In this document: piece by piece, positions 34,075-38,046 of the stretch
Layout of the letters: every line of letters starts with the position of its first letter
Position numbering within the stretch: the first letter of the stretch is position 1
DNA from: Octopus bimaculoides
Taxonomy: Eukaryota
Length of the DNA: 38,046 nt
Reading direction: 5' to 3'
NCBI RefSeq assembly: GCF_001194135.2
Contig: NC_068984.1
Coordinates: 60,462,839-60,500,884 of the forward strand
Position numbers and translations under genes: made by a program
The notes under the pieces: model-generated
Database searches by the model: none
The model's input: only the letters and a program-made list of their open reading frames with translations
Told to the model about the DNA's origin: nothing

Positions 34075-34560
34075 TGTCCATCAGGGTGATGCTGACTATC
34101 TAGTCATCCTGGAGATGACTTTGTTTAAAGTAAGGAAGAGTTGTGTACCATCAACCTCTCCCTTTCATCCATGACCATCTTCAATCCAGTGGCAAAACCA
34201 GGTCAAGCTGACTGAGGGTGGAGATGGATGCAGTGGATGACCAAGGTTTCTTTATTGCCTCATTTTGCTCTCTGCACTCCCCAATGCATTACTGCAGCCA
34301 CCTTCTTCTCTGTTAAGTCTTGAAGGTTTCTTCCATGAAGTTTGCTGGATCCAGTCTTTGCTTGCATTGGTTGGAAAACCCTAACTCACCAAATGCAACA
34401 TACCCATTGGCTATTCTCACCTGGTTTAGCTCACTAGTGGAAGTGGTTTACCAGGGTGTGGCCACTGTTGCTTGTAAACAGGTACTAAATAGGTTCTTGA
34501 AGTTGCAGTTGAGTGCCAAGTTGCGAACAAAGCAGACAAACCATTATGAAGAGTGCAATG
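34075..34560 (-). mobile_element. Non-coding segment resembling the UTR of an RTE-clade LINE
   Basis: Minus-strand GGTCATCCACTGCATCC, CTTGACC..GCCACTGGA and CATCACCCTGATG recall RTE UTRs and RTE-derived bipartite SINEs. This is recall only, not searched. Confidence 0.4.
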
Positions 34561-35126
34561 TGTTCCTTTTGTTGAATGTACTCCCACTCCTCACAAACAC
34601 ACATATCCATATCCTGTGTATGTAAATGGTTGATAAAGCTGCTGGCGCACTCTCTAGACTATACTTTTAAATTTCAATGAGTAATTATTGGCACACTTGG
34701 GTATTTGACCAACTACCTCAGTACTAGTTTTGAAATACTTGGTTTCCCAAAATCAGAAAGTACATGTTTAATTAAAAGTTTACAATTCTGGGCTATTAAT
34801 GGTACTGACAAAATCTGTAAAACATTAAAAATGCTCAGCATGGAATAAGATTCACATATGCAATGACATTTGTAACTGTACTCATGTGTATGTGCATGTG
34901 AGTGCCTATGCAAATATATGTACATACATGCATACATACATACGTACATACATACATACATACATACATACATACATACATACATGTGTGTGTGTGTGTG
35001 TGTGTGTGTATATACATGCATACATAATACACACACTCACATCTATCTGTCTGTCCATCCATCCATCCATCACTACCATGTTAATGCTATCTGAGTCTCA
35101 GTATTTTACTGGAATCTTGTTTCTAG

Positions 35127-35141
35127 ACTCTTTCTCTGTTG
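35127..35141 (+). other. Candidate 15-nt microexon ACTCTTTCTCTGTTG
   Basis: atcttgtttctag|exon|gtgaga; open in phase 0 (TLSLL) and phase 1 (xSFSVx). Confidence 0.3.
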
Positions 35142-36619
35142 GTGAGAAATTCAAACAAATCAAACCAGGGAAAATGGTTATTGGAATTCTTGGCTGCAGG
35201 CTGTTTCAGTACCAATCACGAGAAGCTGACTTCCACCAAATCAGAAAGAATACACTTAATCAAAAGTTTACTTTTACAAGCTGTCAAAGGCATTGTCAAA
35301 ATATGTAAGATGTTCAAAAAGTTTAGCATGAAGCAAGATACATGACATCAGTGACTGCACCCACACATGCATGTACACACACATACATATGTATATGTTT
35401 GTATATGTACAGGAATACATGTGTGCATACACACACACATGATGGTTGTCCAGTTGTGATCAAGGAAGGTCCTCACTGACCATTAAGAACATTGTGCACT
35501 CAGACAAAATTATACTTATGAGCCTAGTTCTTGATAAACACACATGTATGCATATATTGCAAGCCAAGCTTTCCCCATTTACTACATTTGTAGTGCATTT
35601 TCAAGCAACTCACTTAAATTCTGCATGAAAAGTGCATGTTTCTTCAAAAATACTCACTCCTTCCTTTATTTGCATCTTCTGTTGGTGATGATATCAAGCA
35701 TTGCTTTCTCAATTGACATCCCATATCCCACCTTTAAAACAAGGATTTTACACAATCCTCTATGTGTGTGTATGTTTGTGTGTATGCATACACACACACA
35801 TATGCACAAAACTACCCTGATAATATTGTCTAAAATCTGTTGAAAGAGGTTTGTCTCTGGGCTTAAAACTGCCATTTTTTATCCATTGGTTAAACAAATT
35901 TGAAAAAATATAATTAGAAAAACATACCTATGTGCACTCATACATATTATACTCAGCTATCATAAGCCACATCCAAACAAAGGCCATTAGACCCACAAAT
36001 TTACTGCCTCTTTCCTCACTGTGTTTTTTACTGCTACTAGTCTATCCTCTGTTCAGCAGAACTGGCTGGTCTTGTGCTGCCTTCATTCAGGGACATACAA
36101 TTCATCTCTTCTTATCTCTTATCATCTCTTATTATTATCGCTTCCCACTCTCATTATCAGTACCATGTCTACTCCTTCCAAAATCCTATGATGCATAGTA
36201 TTTCTTCCCTAGTATGCCAAATCTCTGGAGTTCTTATTCTTTGCACATGCTTTTTCACCATGGCCGTCAATTTACGACTATTCAGGGGAGATATTAACTG
36301 CATCCATCTCATTTCTCTAAGATACCATAAACATTCCCTTCCTCCAGACCAACACAATATATTAAAACAAACAAAGAAATGAAAGAAAAGCAAAACAAAA
36401 CAAAACCACATGAACATATGCACACACAAGAACATATATGTGCATTCTTAGACAGATTTGTTTTGTCCTAGTTCTGTTTATTGCATAATAATAATTGCTA
36501 CAAAATTAAAGAGTTATGTTTTCTATGAAATTTTCACCAAACCACAATAATTCATTTTAATGTCTACTTTTCCATTATCATATGGGTCAAGCGAAACTTT
36601 GTTGAGGTAGATTTTGTAT

Positions 36620-37410
36620 GGCTGGATGCTCTCCAAGTTGCCAACCTTCACCTGTTTCCAGGTGAGGTAATATTTCCCTGAGATATAGTGGTAAGGTGGC
36701 AGAATTGTTAGCATGCTGGGCAAAATGCTTGGTGGCATTTTGTTTGTCTTTACATTCTGAGTTCAAATGCCACTGAGGTTGACTTTACCTTTCATCCTTT
36801 TGGAGTCGATAAAATAAATACCATTTGAGCAGTGGGATCAATGTAATTGACTTAACCCCTCCCCTGAATTGCTGGCTCTGTGTCAAAATCTGAAATAAAT
36901 ATTACTTTCATCTATAAAGGCAGTGAGCTGGCAGAATCATTAGCTTGCTGGGCAAAATGCCCAGCATTGTTTCATCCGTTTTTATGTCCTGAGTTCAGAT
37001 TCTGCTGGGGTCAACTTTCCCTTTCATATTTTTAGGGTCACTGAAACAAGTGCTAGCTGATACACTGGGGTCAATTTAATTGTCTTAACCCCTCCCTGAA
37101 ATTGCTGGCCTTGTGCCAAAATTCGGGCCCAATATTTCTCAGACATGTTTTCTCAGAATATTGAGAATGAAGGGCACTGCTTGCATAACAGTGACTTTTG
37201 ATTACAGACACCGCATGATGTCAAGGCAAGGAGAAAGTACCACGCACCAGTGATGGGCTTCTTTCAGTTTCATTTAACCAAACCCATTCACAAGGCTTTG
37301 GTCTACCTGAGGCTATTGTAGGAGACACTTGCTCAAGGTGCCATGCAGTAATAATTGAACCAGGAACAATGTGATTGGGAAGTGAATTTCTTAACGCACA
37401 GATACACCTG
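36620..37410 (-). mobile_element. RTE-tailed SINE family B copy interrupted by two + strand family A SINEs (36688-36895, 36919-37133)
   Basis: Host body 36620-36685 continues at 37131-37410 (central domain and head). AATATTTC appears on both sides of the insert. Confidence 0.75.
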
Positions 37411-37972
37411 TTAAAAGGGAGCATACTGGATAGTGTGAAGAATCTGGTCAGACTACAATATATGTAAAAGGAAGACAGGCTGGTCATGGCTGGAACACCT
37501 TCAAGGATAGATCTGCTCTCTCAAAGCCAAATTATGTTTCATAATAGCAAAAGTCATGATGATGTCCACCACAACCACCACCACCACTAACAACAACAGC
37601 AACAAGTCTTTAATGATGTGTCAAACGTTTCACTTTATTTAGCTTTCACTATTCTTCTTCAAAAAAATATGGTTTTTCATTCTTACAAACCATAGAAACA
37701 TTTGAATTGAAGGCCATAACACCACTAGTGCATATGAACATGTGTTCAAAACTTGGAGTTGTAATTAAAATTGTGCTATTCGTGACTTTTATAAGAAGAC
37801 ATAATTGAAGTATAAATCGGAAAGGCTTAGCAATTATCTCTACACTTTTGAGGCTTTTTTTCAGTGAAGCCATACATTTGTGTCTGAGTTTGTTATCATG
37901 GTTTCTATGGTTGAAATCTCAGAAGACTGTTTTGAATGTGTATGCGTGTATGTGTTAATGTGCATGTGCATG

Positions 37973-38006
<34 letters not shown>

Positions 38007-38046
38007 TGTCTGTCTGTCCGAGTGAGTGTGTAATTTGATATATATA

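Noticed and set aside
34320-34625. 101-aa + strand ORF
   Set aside because: It is antisense to a probable RTE UTR, with no motif and no splice support.
37649-37912. 74-aa minus ORF and a 12-bp inverted repeat (37688-37699/37901-37912)
   Set aside because: There is no homology or good acceptor, and a single 12-bp IR in AT-rich DNA is weak evidence.

Overview
AT-rich, microsatellite-dense animal DNA with five N-gaps, almost certainly Octopus (inferred from the SINE, RTE and MITE families as I recall them). I can name no host gene, and most track ORFs are translated simple repeats or retroelement debris. The supportable content is about 19 copies of one tRNA-derived SINE, two other SINE families, RTE LINE fragments, two R4/Dong-like endonuclease fragments, a three-copy ~550-bp TAA-flanked element, a Tc1 IR/DR relic and TTAA-type MITEs. 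The main lead is a + strand cluster of short exon-like units at 15.5-17.2 kb. It includes a duplicated 37/36-bp cassette (34/37 identical) whose conserved limits match TGC motif + acceptor + 12- or 11-nt microexon + GTAAGT donor. Further 6-24-nt candidates lie at 12.2, 33.4-33.6 and 35.1 kb, suggesting the window is mostly intron of a microexon-rich gene. This rests on splice signals alone and needs RNA-seq. Other leads are a 224-bp near-complete hairpin (1785-2008) and strand-polarised retroelement arrays built on TAA microsatellites.
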